A stretch of DNA of 64,000 bases from positions 282 through 64,281 of the forward strand of contig CAXMPG010000082.1 of NCBI GenBank assembly GCA_964195485.1, read 5' to 3'. Made by a program: the position numbers and the translations under genes. The stretch comes from an uncultured Desulfobacterales bacterium (GTDB lineage: Bacteria; Bacteroidota; Bacteroidia; Flavobacteriales_G; Salibacteraceae). Shown here in pieces: positions 1 through 10,123 of the stretch. How positions within the stretch are numbered: the first letter of the stretch is position 1; every line of letters begins with the position of its first letter. The notes beneath the pieces are model-generated. The model did not search any database. It was given only the letters and a program-made list of their open reading frames with translations, and was not told the DNA's origin.

Positions 1-1022
1 TGATTCAAGAGTTTGTGGTGGATCATTTATCTAACTGGCATATCCGTTTATCTCGTAAACGTTTTTGGCGTGGTGATTACGGACAAGATAAAATATCGGC
101 TTACCAAACAGTGTATACGTGTTTAGAGACTATCGCTAAAATTTCGGCTCCATTAGCGCCATTTTATAGTGATCGTTTATTTAAAGATTTGAATGCAGTT
201 TCGGGTAGAAATACGAGTCTATCGGTACACTTATCTTTATTTCCAGAGGTAAATGAATTAGCTATTGATAAAGAATTAGAAGAACGTATGGAGATTGCTC
301 AAAAGGCTTCTTCTATGATTTTGTCTTTGCGTAAAAAGGAAAACTTAAGAGTTCGTCAACCATTGCAAAAAGTAATGATTCCGGTACTAGACGATCATCA
401 AAAGGCACAAATTGAAGCGGTTTCAGAGTTGATTAAAACAGAAACCAACTTGAAAGAAGTAGCGTTCATGGAAGAAGATTCTACTATTTTGGTGAAGAAT
501 ATCAAGCCAAATTTTAAAACCTTAGGTCCTAAGTTTGGTCGTCATATGAAAGCTATTGCGAATGCAGTGAAAGAATTCGGTGCTGAAGAAATCGCTACAT
601 TAGAAACCAATGGAGAAATGGAATTAGCATTAGCGGCTGAAACGATTACCATTACCTTAGATGATGTAGAGATTAGCGCTCAAGATATTGAGGGTTGGTT
701 AGTGATGAGTGATGATAAATTAACCGTTGCGTTAGATATCAGCATTAGCGATGAATTACATCAAGAAGGTGTTGCTCGTGAGTTAGTTAATCGTATTCAA
801 AACATTCGTAAAGAACAAGGTTTTGAAGTGACCGATAAAATTAACATTACCTTAGTGCAACAAGATTTATTAAAAACAAGTGTTGACGCTAATTTCGACT
901 ATATTTGCTCGGAAACGTTAACAGAAAATCTTACCTTTATAGACTCCTCTTCTGATGAAAATGCGATTGACATTGAATTAGAAGAAGGGCTTACAACTCA
1001 AATCGTTGTAACTAAGATATAA
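1..1022 (+). CDS. ileS: Isoleucine--tRNA ligase, C-terminal part (starts before window)
   Basis: Anticodon-binding/C-terminal motifs LSNWHIRLSRKRFW, VRQPL, EGVARELVNRIQNIRK. The frame is open from the window start. Confidence 0.95.
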   Translation, partial: IQEFVVDHLSNWHIRLSRKRFWRGDYGQDKISAYQTVYTCLETIAKISAPLAPFYSDRLFKDLNAVSGRNTSLSVHLSLFPEVNELAIDKELEERMEIAQKASSMILSLRKKENLRVRQPLQKVMIPVLDDHQKAQIEAVSELIKTETNLKEVAFMEEDSTILVKNIKPNFKTLGPKFGRHMKAIANAVKEFGAEEIATLETNGEMELALAAETITITLDDVEISAQDIEGWLVMSDDKLTVALDISISDELHQEGVARELVNRIQNIRKEQGFEVTDKINITLVQQDLLKTSVDANFDYICSETLTENLTFIDSSSDENAIDIELEEGLTTQIVVTKI

Positions 1023-1042
1023 AGGAATAAAAATATACAATT

Positions 1043-1417
1043 ATGTCAGAAAAAAATAGATATTCAGACGAAGACTTAGTAGAGTTTAAAGAGTTAATTG
1101 AAGCAAAAATAGTAGAGGCAAAAAACGATTTAGTGATGTTGACCTCAGCTATTTCTCATGATAACAATGGCACAGATGATACTTCACCTTCATTTAAAAT
1201 GATGGAAGATGGTTCGGATACTTTGAGTAGAGAAGAGACTTCTCAATTAGCTGCCCGTCAGGAAAAATTTATTATCAGTTTAAACAATGCTTTGATTCGT
1301 ATTCAAAACAAAACGTACGGTATTTGTAGAGAATCTGGAAACTTGATTTCAAAAGCACGTTTACGTATTGTGCCTCACGCTACTTTAAGTATTGAGGCCA
1401 AAAACAGAATGGGATAG
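1043..1417 (+). CDS. dksA: TraR/DksA family transcriptional regulator
   Basis: ALIRIQNKTYGIC...RLRIVPHATLSIEAK C-terminus. Sits in the ileS-dksA-lspA order typical of Bacteroidota. Confidence 0.88.
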   Translation: MSEKNRYSDEDLVEFKELIEAKIVEAKNDLVMLTSAISHDNNGTDDTSPSFKMMEDGSDTLSREETSQLAARQEKFIISLNNALIRIQNKTYGICRESGNLISKARLRIVPHATLSIEAKNRMG

Positions 1418-1486
1418 TATTCCTATTTAAATCGGTTCAAGATTAAAAATCAAAATTACATAGCACGCTTAACCGCTCCAGCACTT

Positions 1487-2083
1487 GTGGCTGCTGCGGT
1501 TTTGGTGATAGATCAATGGAGTAAAATCTGGGTCAAGACCAATATGTATTTGGGTCAAGAGTACCGTATTGCCGATTGGTTTATTATTCATTTTACGGAA
1601 AACCCAGGAATGGCTTTCGGTATGGAGTTGGGCGGAGATTATGGTAAGATTATTCTTAGTGTGTTCCGTATAGTAGCCGTTATTGGAATAGGATGGTACA
1701 TTGTTCGTTTAAGTAAAGAAAACGCTCACAAAGGCTTTTTAGTGGCTATGGGCTTTATTTTTTCTGGTGCTTTGGGTAATATATTGGACTCTGTCTTTTA
1801 CGGACAAGTTTTTACCGAGTCAACCGCACATATTGCACAGAAAGTAGCCTTCGGAAACGGATATGCTGATGTGTTACATGGTAGAGTAGTTGATATGTTG
1901 TATTTCCCGCTTTTTGATGGTTGGTTTCCAAGTTGGGTCCCATTTTGGGGAGACGAATATTTTATGTTCTTTAGACCCGTATTTAACATTGCGGACTCAG
2001 CCATAACTGTTGGCGTTATCCTCATCATTCTTTTTCAAAAGAAGTTCTTTATGGAAGAGATTAGTTCAGAAAAGACCGAGTAA
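1487..2083 (+). CDS. lspA: Lipoprotein signal peptidase II (true start may be upstream)
   Basis: IDQWSK, ENPGMAFG, GALGNILD, VVDM and FNIAD motifs. Confidence 0.93.
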   Translation: MAAAVLVIDQWSKIWVKTNMYLGQEYRIADWFIIHFTENPGMAFGMELGGDYGKIILSVFRIVAVIGIGWYIVRLSKENAHKGFLVAMGFIFSGALGNILDSVFYGQVFTESTAHIAQKVAFGNGYADVLHGRVVDMLYFPLFDGWFPSWVPFWGDEYFMFFRPVFNIADSAITVGVILIILFQKKFFMEEISSEKTE

Positions 2084-2095
2084 CCTATACTATCA

Positions 2096-2626
2096 TTGAA
2101 TAGATTTTTTAAAACACCCTTAATTGTAGTACTTGGAGGTATTATAGTCTTAATGGTAATCACATTTGGTAATGTGTTATTTGTTAAGCGGACACTTTTT
2201 ATTGAAGGTGAATTTCTTGCTTTGGGCACCAATTTTTACATTCCTCTAATCATCACAATTCTATGTGTATTTGGATTGGTTTTTCAATTACGTACCTTGA
2301 GAATTATTAATCATACCGATGTAATTGAAAATGAATCCTTAGATGATTTTTTGAAAGATGGTTTCAAAACGAAGAAAAGGAGAGTCTCCATATTTCTTTG
2401 GGCTGGAGAAATAATTTTAGCCCTAGGCTTATCGTTCATGGTAATAGCAATTACCGCTTCTTATTTGGAACGCTATCCCCTAAATGAGTTGCCAGAAAAC
2501 GGATTGAAGTACATTGGACCAGTCTTAATGTTCCTCTTACTTGTGTTGTTATTAATAGATCTGATAATGGTAAAAAGATTCCTGAAGAAGAATAAAAATC
2601 ATCTGTTAAATATTTCAGGTATCTAA
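2096..2626 (+). CDS. Hypothetical membrane protein (about 4 TM)
   Basis: 176-aa ORF with four hydrophobic segments, 12 nt downstream of lspA. Confidence 0.65.
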   Translation: MNRFFKTPLIVVLGGIIVLMVITFGNVLFVKRTLFIEGEFLALGTNFYIPLIITILCVFGLVFQLRTLRIINHTDVIENESLDDFLKDGFKTKKRRVSIFLWAGEIILALGLSFMVIAITASYLERYPLNELPENGLKYIGPVLMFLLLVLLLIDLIMVKRFLKKNKNHLLNISGI

Positions 2627-2736
2627 TAATCAGATCGTTGAAAGTTTTTAACATTTCTTAAAACAAAACAGACGCTAATCCAGCCAATAAAATTGCTTTA
2701 ATTCCGTATCTTGTGGAACGAATATAAAGGGAGCTT

Positions 2737-2925
2737 ATGTTAAAATTAACGAAATACGTTTTGGAAAAGGTAAGCTTTGATAAGAAGCTATTTAAAAAAG
2801 AACTTATCAAGGCAACTAAAGCCTTAAAAAAAGAAGAATTGATGTTATTATATACTTGGGGCTTAGTGGAATTTGCATCTGAACACCAAGAAATGTTAAG
2901 AGAGGTCGTTGCACCTTTCATTTAG
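2737..2925 (+). CDS. Small conserved-type Bacteroidota hypothetical protein (LxKVSFDxxLFxKELxKA)
   Basis: 62-aa ATG ORF followed by an intrinsic terminator. The motif resembles a small Bacteroidota protein family (recalled, not searched). Confidence 0.7.
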   Translation: MLKLTKYVLEKVSFDKKLFKKELIKATKALKKEELMLLYTWGLVEFASEHQEMLREVVAPFI

Positions 2926-2954
2926 AAATCAATTAAAAAACAATGTTTAATCAG

Positions 2955-2986
2955 GCCTGAAAGGAATTTATTCTTTTCAGGCTTTT
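2955..2986 (+). terminator. Intrinsic terminator
   Basis: GCCTGAAAGGAAT-TT-ATTCTTTTCAGGC hairpin followed by TTTT. Confidence 0.75.
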
Positions 2987-3072
2987 ATGTTATAACTATT
3001 TCATCCCGAGGGGATTTTATATTAACCTAATTTTCATCAGGAGCTTGTAAATTCCCCTTGGAGAGGAAGTTA

Positions 3073-3153
3073 AGTCCTGAAGGGACGTTATTTGTTAACG
3101 ATGGACGAAGTCCATCGAAAAAAAAGGAAACAGCTAATAGTCCTGAAGGGACG
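3073..3153. repeat. REP-like composite palindromic repeat
   Basis: AGTCCTGAAGGGACG at 3073-3087 and 3139-3153, flanking the hairpin CGATGGAC-GAA-GTCCATCG at 3099-3117. Confidence 0.7.
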
Positions 3154-3166
3154 AAATAACAGCAAG

Positions 3167-4105
3167 TCACTCCAACTTAGTATCACTAATAAACCCAATA
3201 TTCTTTTTTAACCCAGCGTATTTAGCGCGCATTACAGGAGTTCCGGCAAAAACGTTTAAGAAAACTTCATCGGTAATTTCTTGCCAATCTTTTTTATCAA
3301 AACCTTTCCAACCCAGGTATCTATTAAAAGCAGGTTCTGGAGTAGGAAGCGCATTTTTTGTCCACGGACAAACATCTTGGCAAATGTCACAGCCAAAAAT
3401 CCAATCGTCCATTTGACCTTTAAACTCGTTTGGAATTTGGCTTTTTAGTTCAATGGTTAAATATGAAATACACTTTTTTGCATCCAGTAAATAAGGCGTG
3501 TTAAGCGCATCGGTAGGACAAGCTTCTACGCACAAATTACAGGTTTTACAGAGGTCTTTTACGGGATGTGTTTCTTCCATCTCCACATCAATAATGAGCT
3601 CCGATAAAAAAAACTGTGATCCTTTTTTACGATTCAAAATCAGGGTGTTTTTACCTACCCAACCTAAACCGCTTTTCTCGGCCCAGGCTTTCTCCATAAC
3701 TGGGGCAGAATCTACAAAGGCTCTGCCGCTTACTTCGCCAATTTCCTCTTGTATGAAATGAAGTAATTCAATCAGCTTTTTTTTAAGGACCTTATGGTAA
3801 TCTTTTCCGTACGCATACTTCGAAATTTTGTAGGTATCGTCTATTGTTTGCGGTAAAGCGGGTAAATATTCAAACCCAAGAGAAATCACCGTTTTAGCGC
3901 CTTCCACAAGTTTGGTAGGGTCGGTTCTTTTATCAAAATGATTGGCCATCCAAGCCATTTCGCCATGCGAATTTTGGTTTAACCAGTTTTCCAGTATAGG
4001 AGCCTGCTTTTCTAAAAAACCAGCCTTAGAAACTCCAAATAAAGAGAATCCTAATTGATTTGCTTTCTGCTCAATTTGTAAGCTTTGTGAAGCCGTTAAA
4101 ATCAA
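3167..4105 (-). CDS. queG: tRNA epoxyqueuosine(34) reductase QueG
   Basis: [34 protein letters not shown] and [11 protein letters not shown] Fe-S motifs. Confidence 0.95.
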   Translation of the reverse strand: MILTASQSLQIEQKANQLGFSLFGVSKAGFLEKQAPILENWLNQNSHGEMAWMANHFDKRTDPTKLVEGAKTVISLGFEYLPALPQTIDDTYKISKYAYGKDYHKVLKKKLIELLHFIQEEIGEVSGRAFVDSAPVMEKAWAEKSGLGWVGKNTLILNRKKGSQFFLSELIIDVEMEETHPVKDLCKTCNLCVEACPTDALNTPYLLDAKKCISYLTIELKSQIPNEFKGQMDDWIFGCDICQDVCPWTKNALPTPEPAFNRYLGWKGFDKKDWQEITDEVFLNVFAGTPVMRAKYAGLKKNIGFISDTKLE

Positions 4106-5124
4106 AATAAAGAAGATTGATCGTATGGTCTATTTCTCCCAAGGTGTTTGTAGGCTAACTCGGTTACCTCTCTACCTCGAGAAGTTCTTTGCATAAAGCC
4201 TTCTTGAATTAAAAACGGCTCATATACTTCTTCAATGGTTCCAGCATCTTCTCCAACAGCGGTAGAAATGGTGGTTAAACCTACTGGGCCACCTTTAAAC
4301 TTATCAATAATGGTAGATAAAATTCTATTATCCATTTCATCTAAACCATGCTTATCTACATTTAGAGCATCTAAGGAGTAATGAGTGATTTTTAAATCCA
4401 CTTTACCGGTTCCTTTTATTTGTGCAAAATCACGTACTCTACGTAACAAAGAATTGGTAATACGAGGAGTGCCGCGACTACGAGAAGCAATTTCATGTGC
4501 CGCTTCGTGTTCAATGCCTACATTCAAAATATCTGCCGAACGGGTAACGATAGTAGCCAACAAATCAGAATTGTAATACGCTAACCTAGAATTAATTCCA
4601 AAACGAGCTCTAAGGGGCGATGTAAGTGAACCTGAACGTGTGGTAGCACCAATTAAAGTAAAGGGCTCTAGTTCTATCTGAACGGTACGTGCGTTAGGTC
4701 CCGTATCAATCATGATGTCGATTTTATAATCCTCCATAGCCGAGTATAAAAACTCTTCTACGATAGGTTTTAATCGGTGTATTTCATCAATAAACAAAAC
4801 GTCATTTTCGCTTAGGTTAGTTAATAAACCGGCTAAATCACCGGGTTTATCAAGTACTGGTCCTGAAGTGATTTTGATATCCACCCCCAACTCATTAGCA
4901 ATGATATTGGCAAGCGTAGTTTTTCCTAAACCGGGAGGGCCATGCAATAAAACGTGATCTAATGCTTCCTCTCTTAGTTTAGCTGCCTCAACGAATACTT
5001 TTAGGTTCTCCACCACATGCTCCTGACCGGTAAAATCGCCAAAAGATTTTGGACGTAATACCTTTTCCAAGTCTTTATCCGTCCCTGAAAGATGTTCTGG
5101 ATCCGCATCTAAGTATTCATTCAT
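4102..5124 (-). CDS. ruvB: Holliday junction branch migration helicase RuvB
   Basis: [30 protein letters not shown] and YEPFL motifs. ATG at 5124 preferred over GTG at 5130. Confidence 0.97.
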   Translation of the reverse strand: MNEYLDADPEHLSGTDKDLEKVLRPKSFGDFTGQEHVVENLKVFVEAAKLREEALDHVLLHGPPGLGKTTLANIIANELGVDIKITSGPVLDKPGDLAGLLTNLSENDVLFIDEIHRLKPIVEEFLYSAMEDYKIDIMIDTGPNARTVQIELEPFTLIGATTRSGSLTSPLRARFGINSRLAYYNSDLLATIVTRSADILNVGIEHEAAHEIASRSRGTPRITNSLLRRVRDFAQIKGTGKVDLKITHYSLDALNVDKHGLDEMDNRILSTIIDKFKGGPVGLTTISTAVGEDAGTIEEVYEPFLIQEGFMQRTSRGREVTELAYKHLGRNRPYDQSSLF

Positions 5125-5129
5125 AGCCA

Positions 5130-5137
5130 CAAATGTA
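5130..5137 (-). promoter_or_regulatory. Bacteroidota -7 promoter element (TACATTTG) for ruvB-queG
   Basis: Exact TAnnTTTG, ending 5 nt before the ATG. Confidence 0.6.
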
Positions 5138-5239
5138 ATACACCTACTGTGGAGAGTAGGATGCTTTTTTTAGGAATTACTGGAATTTGATAAAATATTC
5201 ATCATTCTCATTTCTTTGAGCGATAATAGGTAACGTTTT

Positions 5240-5896
5240 CTAGTTGATTTGGTAAATAATGTTTTGTTCAAAAGTGAGTTCTACTGTATGAATTTCTTGA
5301 AAGTTCTTGGCATTTTTTAGCGCAATAGCTTGAATTTTTTCCAATTCGCAAGCGTCTGATAAAATCATGAGCACTTTCGTTTTTTCTGTATTTATTTCTT
5401 GAAGCTGAAGAAATATTTTTTCGAAAAATTCGAAATTCTCACCACAAAACCACGCCTTTTCTTCCAAATTGAAGGGTTTTTTAGGATAATAGGGTGGGTT
5501 TATAAAAATATAATCAAAATCGTTTCCGTCTAATTTCTCAAACAAATCAGAAAATACCGTGTTAATCTGTAAGCCTTGTTTTGTGCTCACTTCCTTTAAA
5601 GAATCAAGTGCTATTTGATTAATATCAGATGCGGTTGTAACTGCTCCTATGGATGCGCTTAAGACAGACATAATACCACTACCACAACCCAATTCAAGAA
5701 CCTTCTTTCCTGTTAGGTTCAAAGACGAAATGTAATCCAGAAACACCTTGGTACTCACCGTGTTTTTTGGAGAAAAAACTCCCGGATGAACTATGGTAAA
5801 CACATCCTTAAATTGATATTTACGGGGCTTTCTGTGATACCAAAAATGATATCGTTTGTAAAACGGATGTGCTAGTTTTTGGATAAATTTTTTCAT
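5240..5896 (-). CDS. Class I SAM methyltransferase, HemK/MTS-like (NPPY motif)
   Basis: PGVFSP, VLELGCGSG and INPPYY motifs. Confidence 0.85.
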   Translation of the reverse strand: MKKFIQKLAHPFYKRYHFWYHRKPRKYQFKDVFTIVHPGVFSPKNTVSTKVFLDYISSLNLTGKKVLELGCGSGIMSVLSASIGAVTTASDINQIALDSLKEVSTKQGLQINTVFSDLFEKLDGNDFDYIFINPPYYPKKPFNLEEKAWFCGENFEFFEKIFLQLQEINTEKTKVLMILSDACELEKIQAIALKNAKNFQEIHTVELTFEQNIIYQIN

Positions 5897-5906
5897 AGCA
5901 TGCTTT

Positions 5907-7427
5907 TTACTCCGAGTAAAACCCTTCTATTTCGGGTTGACGATATTTCCATATTTTTTGAAGAACCTTAATTTCATAGGGATATTTATAGAACCCACTT
6001 TTATATCTCCAATTGGATGCTAATTGTAATGCTTTCTTCTTATACCCGGTAATTCTAAAATCTGAAACTGTTGGAAATTTCCCATTTAGTACCGTTTCAA
6101 AATTCATAATCACATCGATCATATACGGTTTTAACCAAGGTGTAAGCGGATTTTTCCGTAAATCAAAGTTTTCCCAACTTGGCGAAATCCAATCTTCTAA
6201 GTTCGATGGAAATTCAAAACCTGCATCTAATATTTGTTGGTATAAATCAGACCCTTCTGTAGGTGTAGGACTATAAAGATAAATAATGATTTCAGTATTT
6301 GGATTAATTTCTTTTATCTCTTTAATGAAATTAATATCCCATAAAATCTGCTTATACACTTGCTCTTCTGTATCGGCTGGCATCCCCAAAACAAACGACA
6401 TCTCCGGGATAATTCCAACGTTTTTCATGCGGAGTGCAAAATCCTTTATCATTTTGCCAGATTGAGTACCGCCCTTATTCATTTGTTTAAGGACTTCATC
6501 ATTACCCGTTTCAGCTCCTAAGAAAATCATAGTACAACCGGCTTGTTTCATTAATTTCAACTCCTCATCAGAGTACAAGTTAATAGTATCAATTCTTCCT
6601 TCGCCCCAATACTTTATACCATCATTCAAAATGAGTTTAGAGAATTCAACGACCCGCTTTTTGGAAGTGAAAAAGTTGTTGTCGTGAAACTCAATGGCAT
6701 TAATACCATATTTATCCTTGAAAAATTTCACATCCTCATACATACCTTCAGCTGATTTGCCTTTCCAGCTGGCATTAAAAATAGGCACAATTCCGCAAAA
6801 TGAACAGCTAAACGGACATCCCATACTGGAATGGTAAGACAACGTGGTAGAGCCCATAAAGGTTTTAGCCAAATAATCTTTGAGGGTATACTGCGTATCT
6901 AAATACCCATAAGGAAGTGGAGGAAGCGCATCTTGATCTAACAGCGCCTCTTTAGCCGTTTTAATGACTTTCTGATTTTCATCCGTATAAATTAGATTCT
7001 TAATTTTAGGTAAAGCCTCTAAGTCATTCGCTGCAAGCGCATCTAATAAGGATGGGAAAGCCACATCACCCGGGCCATTTATGATGTAATCTACGAAACC
7101 AGAATCTAAACAAACCTGGTGCTGATTAGACGGAAAATACCCTCCCCAAATAGTCACAACTTCAGGGAAATCTTGCTTTATTTTTTCTGTAAACGGAATA
7201 GCTTGTCGCAATTGCGGTCCCGGCATAACAGAAGAACAAAAGTAGTGGTACTCTCCTGTTTTTAGTAGGTCTAAAATCCTGTTTAATGGGTCAGATTCTA
7301 GGTTTCCATCCACAAAAATATATTCATATTTATTATGTATAGATGCACCTACTTGTAGAATAGAATTCGGGATTCTATGCTTTGAATTGGCGCTTCTTGG
7401 ATTGAATATGATTAGTTTATTGCCCAC
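5907..7427 (-). CDS. B12-binding domain radical SAM protein
   Basis: N-terminal cobalamin-binding-like region (WGGYFPS, INGPGD), SMGCPFSCSFC, HDNNFF and LGAETG. Confidence 0.9.
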   Translation of the reverse strand: MGNKLIIFNPRSANSKHRIPNSILQVGASIHNKYEYIFVDGNLESDPLNRILDLLKTGEYHYFCSSVMPGPQLRQAIPFTEKIKQDFPEVVTIWGGYFPSNQHQVCLDSGFVDYIINGPGDVAFPSLLDALAANDLEALPKIKNLIYTDENQKVIKTAKEALLDQDALPPLPYGYLDTQYTLKDYLAKTFMGSTTLSYHSSMGCPFSCSFCGIVPIFNASWKGKSAEGMYEDVKFFKDKYGINAIEFHDNNFFTSKKRVVEFSKLILNDGIKYWGEGRIDTINLYSDEELKLMKQAGCTMIFLGAETGNDEVLKQMNKGGTQSGKMIKDFALRMKNVGIIPEMSFVLGMPADTEEQVYKQILWDINFIKEIKEINPNTEIIIYLYSPTPTEGSDLYQQILDAGFEFPSNLEDWISPSWENFDLRKNPLTPWLKPYMIDVIMNFETVLNGKFPTVSDFRITGYKKKALQLASNWRYKSGFYKYPYEIKVLQKIWKYRQPEIEGFYSE

Positions 7428-9000
7428 TTGTTAGCTCTATTTTTCTTAATTCGTAAAATCCAACGCCTCGGTTTTTATCCGACAAAAACACAATTTGGTT
7501 TTCGTTAACTCGTGTCGCCATCTTTTTATTGGAATGGTCAAAAGTAAGTTGCTGGTTTTGATAATAAATCTGATTGTCAATAATTTCCACATTCTGAGTG
7601 TCTGTGGCTTGTTTCTTTATAGTGTACTCCGCGCGATTCCTTGCCGAACTATTCCAGTAATAGTATACTAATTTGTCAGTATGAATGGAGTAATCATAGG
7701 TTAAAATAGGCATGGAGAAATCCGTATATCGCTTGGAAGTATCCGTGGTTTCAGGAAGAAACAAAAAATAAATCCCTCCAGAAATAAGTGCGGTTAATGT
7801 GATGGCTTTTAACGGGATTTGTGATCTAAATAATACCATCAAACCAATGAATAGCCCCACCATTAGATACAACCGAAGGTAGTTAAATGGAAATGCATAA
7901 TCGCCTTTAAATGACGCTAAAGTCAAGAACGTTAGCGTCAAAATAATCAATGATTTCCCCCATGTTTGAATTTCTAGTTTTCCAGTAGAGAAATATAAAA
8001 ATGCCAATACAAGAAGAGAATAGGTGCTACCGTAAGGAGAGCTAATGAGGCTAATAAATAACCAAAATGAAAAACTAAAAAAGGACCCTTTCACTTTTTT
8101 GGTAATGAAAATGGCCACGCTTACTAGGAATAATTTTACGGCAAACATTAATCCAAGTACGCTATTAAAATATTGGCCAAGCCCGGTTGGATTTTCAATA
8201 GCATCAAATACCAAAATGTGTTTCAAGAACATAAATAGCGATTGATAATTAGCTACATACGCCCCTGCAATTTCGCCATTGTTAAATCGAGGTAAAGCTT
8301 CTAGAAAGAAAAATGCCCAAGGCGCTAATCCGGTTACACTGATGGAAATAAGTGTCAAAATGGCAACGGAAAGCAGTAAGTATCCAACCGCTTTAAAATG
8401 GTGCTTAAACAATAGAAAACCAATTAAAACAATAGGGAATACCTTCAGCGAAATGGCTAATCCCCACCATAGTGCGGTTCTTATGAATTGATTTTTTTGG
8501 TAAGCCAAGAAGCCTTCGGAAAGGAGAAAAAACAGCAAAAAGTAGACCTGTCCAAAAAGTAAATTATTTTTAATAGGAACTAAAAATACGAGGGGGAAAA
8601 TCAAAACATATCCCCAATGAATATTCAAATGACTTGCCAATCGTTTTACGGAAACCATTAATAGTAAAAGGCTAATGAGGTTAAATACCAGTTTAGCTGT
8701 AGCAAGTGGTAAAAACGTAAAAGGGACAAAAAATAGTGCTAAAAATGGCGTGTTTGGCGCAAAACTTAAAAACTGATTTACGTATCCTAAATCAGCAACG
8801 GTTTGATTAAAATGGAACGGAAAATAAATTTCAGAAGTGAAAATTCCCTGCTTAATAAATAGTGCACTGAAATAGTAATTTCCAAAATCATGTGTAGGGA
8901 AACTATGCGGGGGAATGACATAGTATCCACCGATAATCACGAAAAAAATCAATGGTAAATTGGACTTAATCCAAAGCGTTATGTCTTTGAGATTAGTCAA
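7417..9000 (-). CDS. GT87/DUF2029-like polytopic membrane glycosyltransferase with soluble C-terminal domain
   Basis: HDFGNYY, PNTPF, FGQ, LKVFP and NYQS motifs with many TM helices. Confidence 0.7.
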   Translation of the reverse strand: MTNLKDITLWIKSNLPLIFFVIIGGYYVIPPHSFPTHDFGNYYFSALFIKQGIFTSEIYFPFHFNQTVADLGYVNQFLSFAPNTPFLALFFVPFTFLPLATAKLVFNLISLLLLMVSVKRLASHLNIHWGYVLIFPLVFLVPIKNNLLFGQVYFLLFFLLSEGFLAYQKNQFIRTALWWGLAISLKVFPIVLIGFLLFKHHFKAVGYLLLSVAILTLISISVTGLAPWAFFFLEALPRFNNGEIAGAYVANYQSLFMFLKHILVFDAIENPTGLGQYFNSVLGLMFAVKLFLVSVAIFITKKVKGSFFSFSFWLFISLISSPYGSTYSLLVLAFLYFSTGKLEIQTWGKSLIILTLTFLTLASFKGDYAFPFNYLRLYLMVGLFIGLMVLFRSQIPLKAITLTALISGGIYFLFLPETTDTSKRYTDFSMPILTYDYSIHTDKLVYYYWNSSARNRAEYTIKKQATDTQNVEIIDNQIYYQNQQLTFDHSNKKMATRVNENQIVFLSDKNRGVGFYELRKIELTSGQ

Positions 9001-10123
9001 TGTAATTTACTTCGAATGGTGATTTTTCGCGTACAGAACCGGAAGTGAGTAAACCCCTAACAGGAGCATGTTTCTCTATATCGTTCCGGTTATAACCAAG
9101 AGGTAAAAATGGAAACTCTGGGTAATTAAATCTAGTCTCATTGGTTAATAATTGCGTCACTTCGTTAATGGTCATGTTCCATTCATTCGCCAGGCGCATT
9201 GGGCTAGGCTGTTTAAACATAATGTACTGTAATTCCATTTGCGTATGTGCTTGTTTTTGGGAGAAGTCAACACCATCTGGTAAGAATGCCTGTTTTGAAT
9301 TCAGTTGACTTCTAAAATGAACTAACGTATCTTGGAGTTGTTGGAAGGTTAAGAACCCAGCATAATCATTTTGGGTTTTAAACATGGGGTTTACATTGCT
9401 TTCATGACACCACATGCACTTAGCGGGTTTTCCTGCATTACTAGCATCGGTCAACGCAGCAGAAATTCTTTGGCTATCTGAATCATAAATGGCGTATTTA
9501 AATTGGCCATTGTCCATCAATTCCATAGTTTCAAATTCTAAAATACTTCCCGTAATGGAGTCAATTTCGGTAGAGATAAAAAGTTGGTTTAAACCTTTCT
9601 GCTCAGAAAACTGAAGGGTACGATGATGGTCTGAAATAGAAGAATTATTGACGAAACCTGTTTCTGAAAGCAATGAGTAATTGGCCATTTGTTGGTCTAA
9701 TTTTGCTGGAATTCCTGTGATTCGGTAGTAATGGTTAGATGCGCCAATGAGCAAGGTGATGTAGCGGCCTAAGTCAATCGAGTTGTTTTGAATGTACTCC
9801 TGTGAACGGATAATGGATTGATGCAAGGCTCCAATGGATTCTTGTGCCTGAGTTGAAAAGCCTAAGGAGGCAGTTTTTAGCTGTATATTGTTACTACTTA
9901 CTTCAATTCCACTAGCGTTAGCATTGGTGTTATGCGCACCTACATGCGAAAGACACCAAAACAATCCGGTAAGGGCATCTTCTATATTTTCATTGGGGTA
10001 AGATGGGTTCCATTTTAGATTTATTTCTGCTGGATTTTGTGAAACCGGAGAAACAGAATCATGAATACAAGACCCTATGCTAAGGATAGAAATGACTACC
10101 AAAGAAGCAAATAAGATCCTCAT
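8993..10123 (-). CDS. Hypothetical lipoprotein with single CxxCH (putative c-type heme) motif
   Basis: Lipobox ILSIGS-C and KPAKCMWCHE. Confidence 0.7.
   Translation of the reverse strand: MRILFASLVVISILSIGSCIHDSVSPVSQNPAEINLKWNPSYPNENIEDALTGLFWCLSHVGAHNTNANASGIEVSSNNIQLKTASLGFSTQAQESIGALHQSIIRSQEYIQNNSIDLGRYITLLIGASNHYYRITGIPAKLDQQMANYSLLSETGFVNNSSISDHHRTLQFSEQKGLNQLFISTEIDSITGSILEFETMELMDNGQFKYAIYDSDSQRISAALTDASNAGKPAKCMWCHESNVNPMFKTQNDYAGFLTFQQLQDTLVHFRSQLNSKQAFLPDGVDFSQKQAHTQMELQYIMFKQPSPMRLANEWNMTINEVTQLLTNETRFNYPEFPFLPLGYNRNDIEKHAPVRGLLTSGSVREKSPFEVNYID

Noticed and set aside
1043-1417. DksA with only one zinc-finger cysteine as a novelty
   Set aside because: Degenerate zinc fingers are common in this Bacteroidota DksA group.
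3073-3153. CRISPR array
   Set aside because: Only two 15-nt copies and no cas genes. Better explained as a REP-like element.
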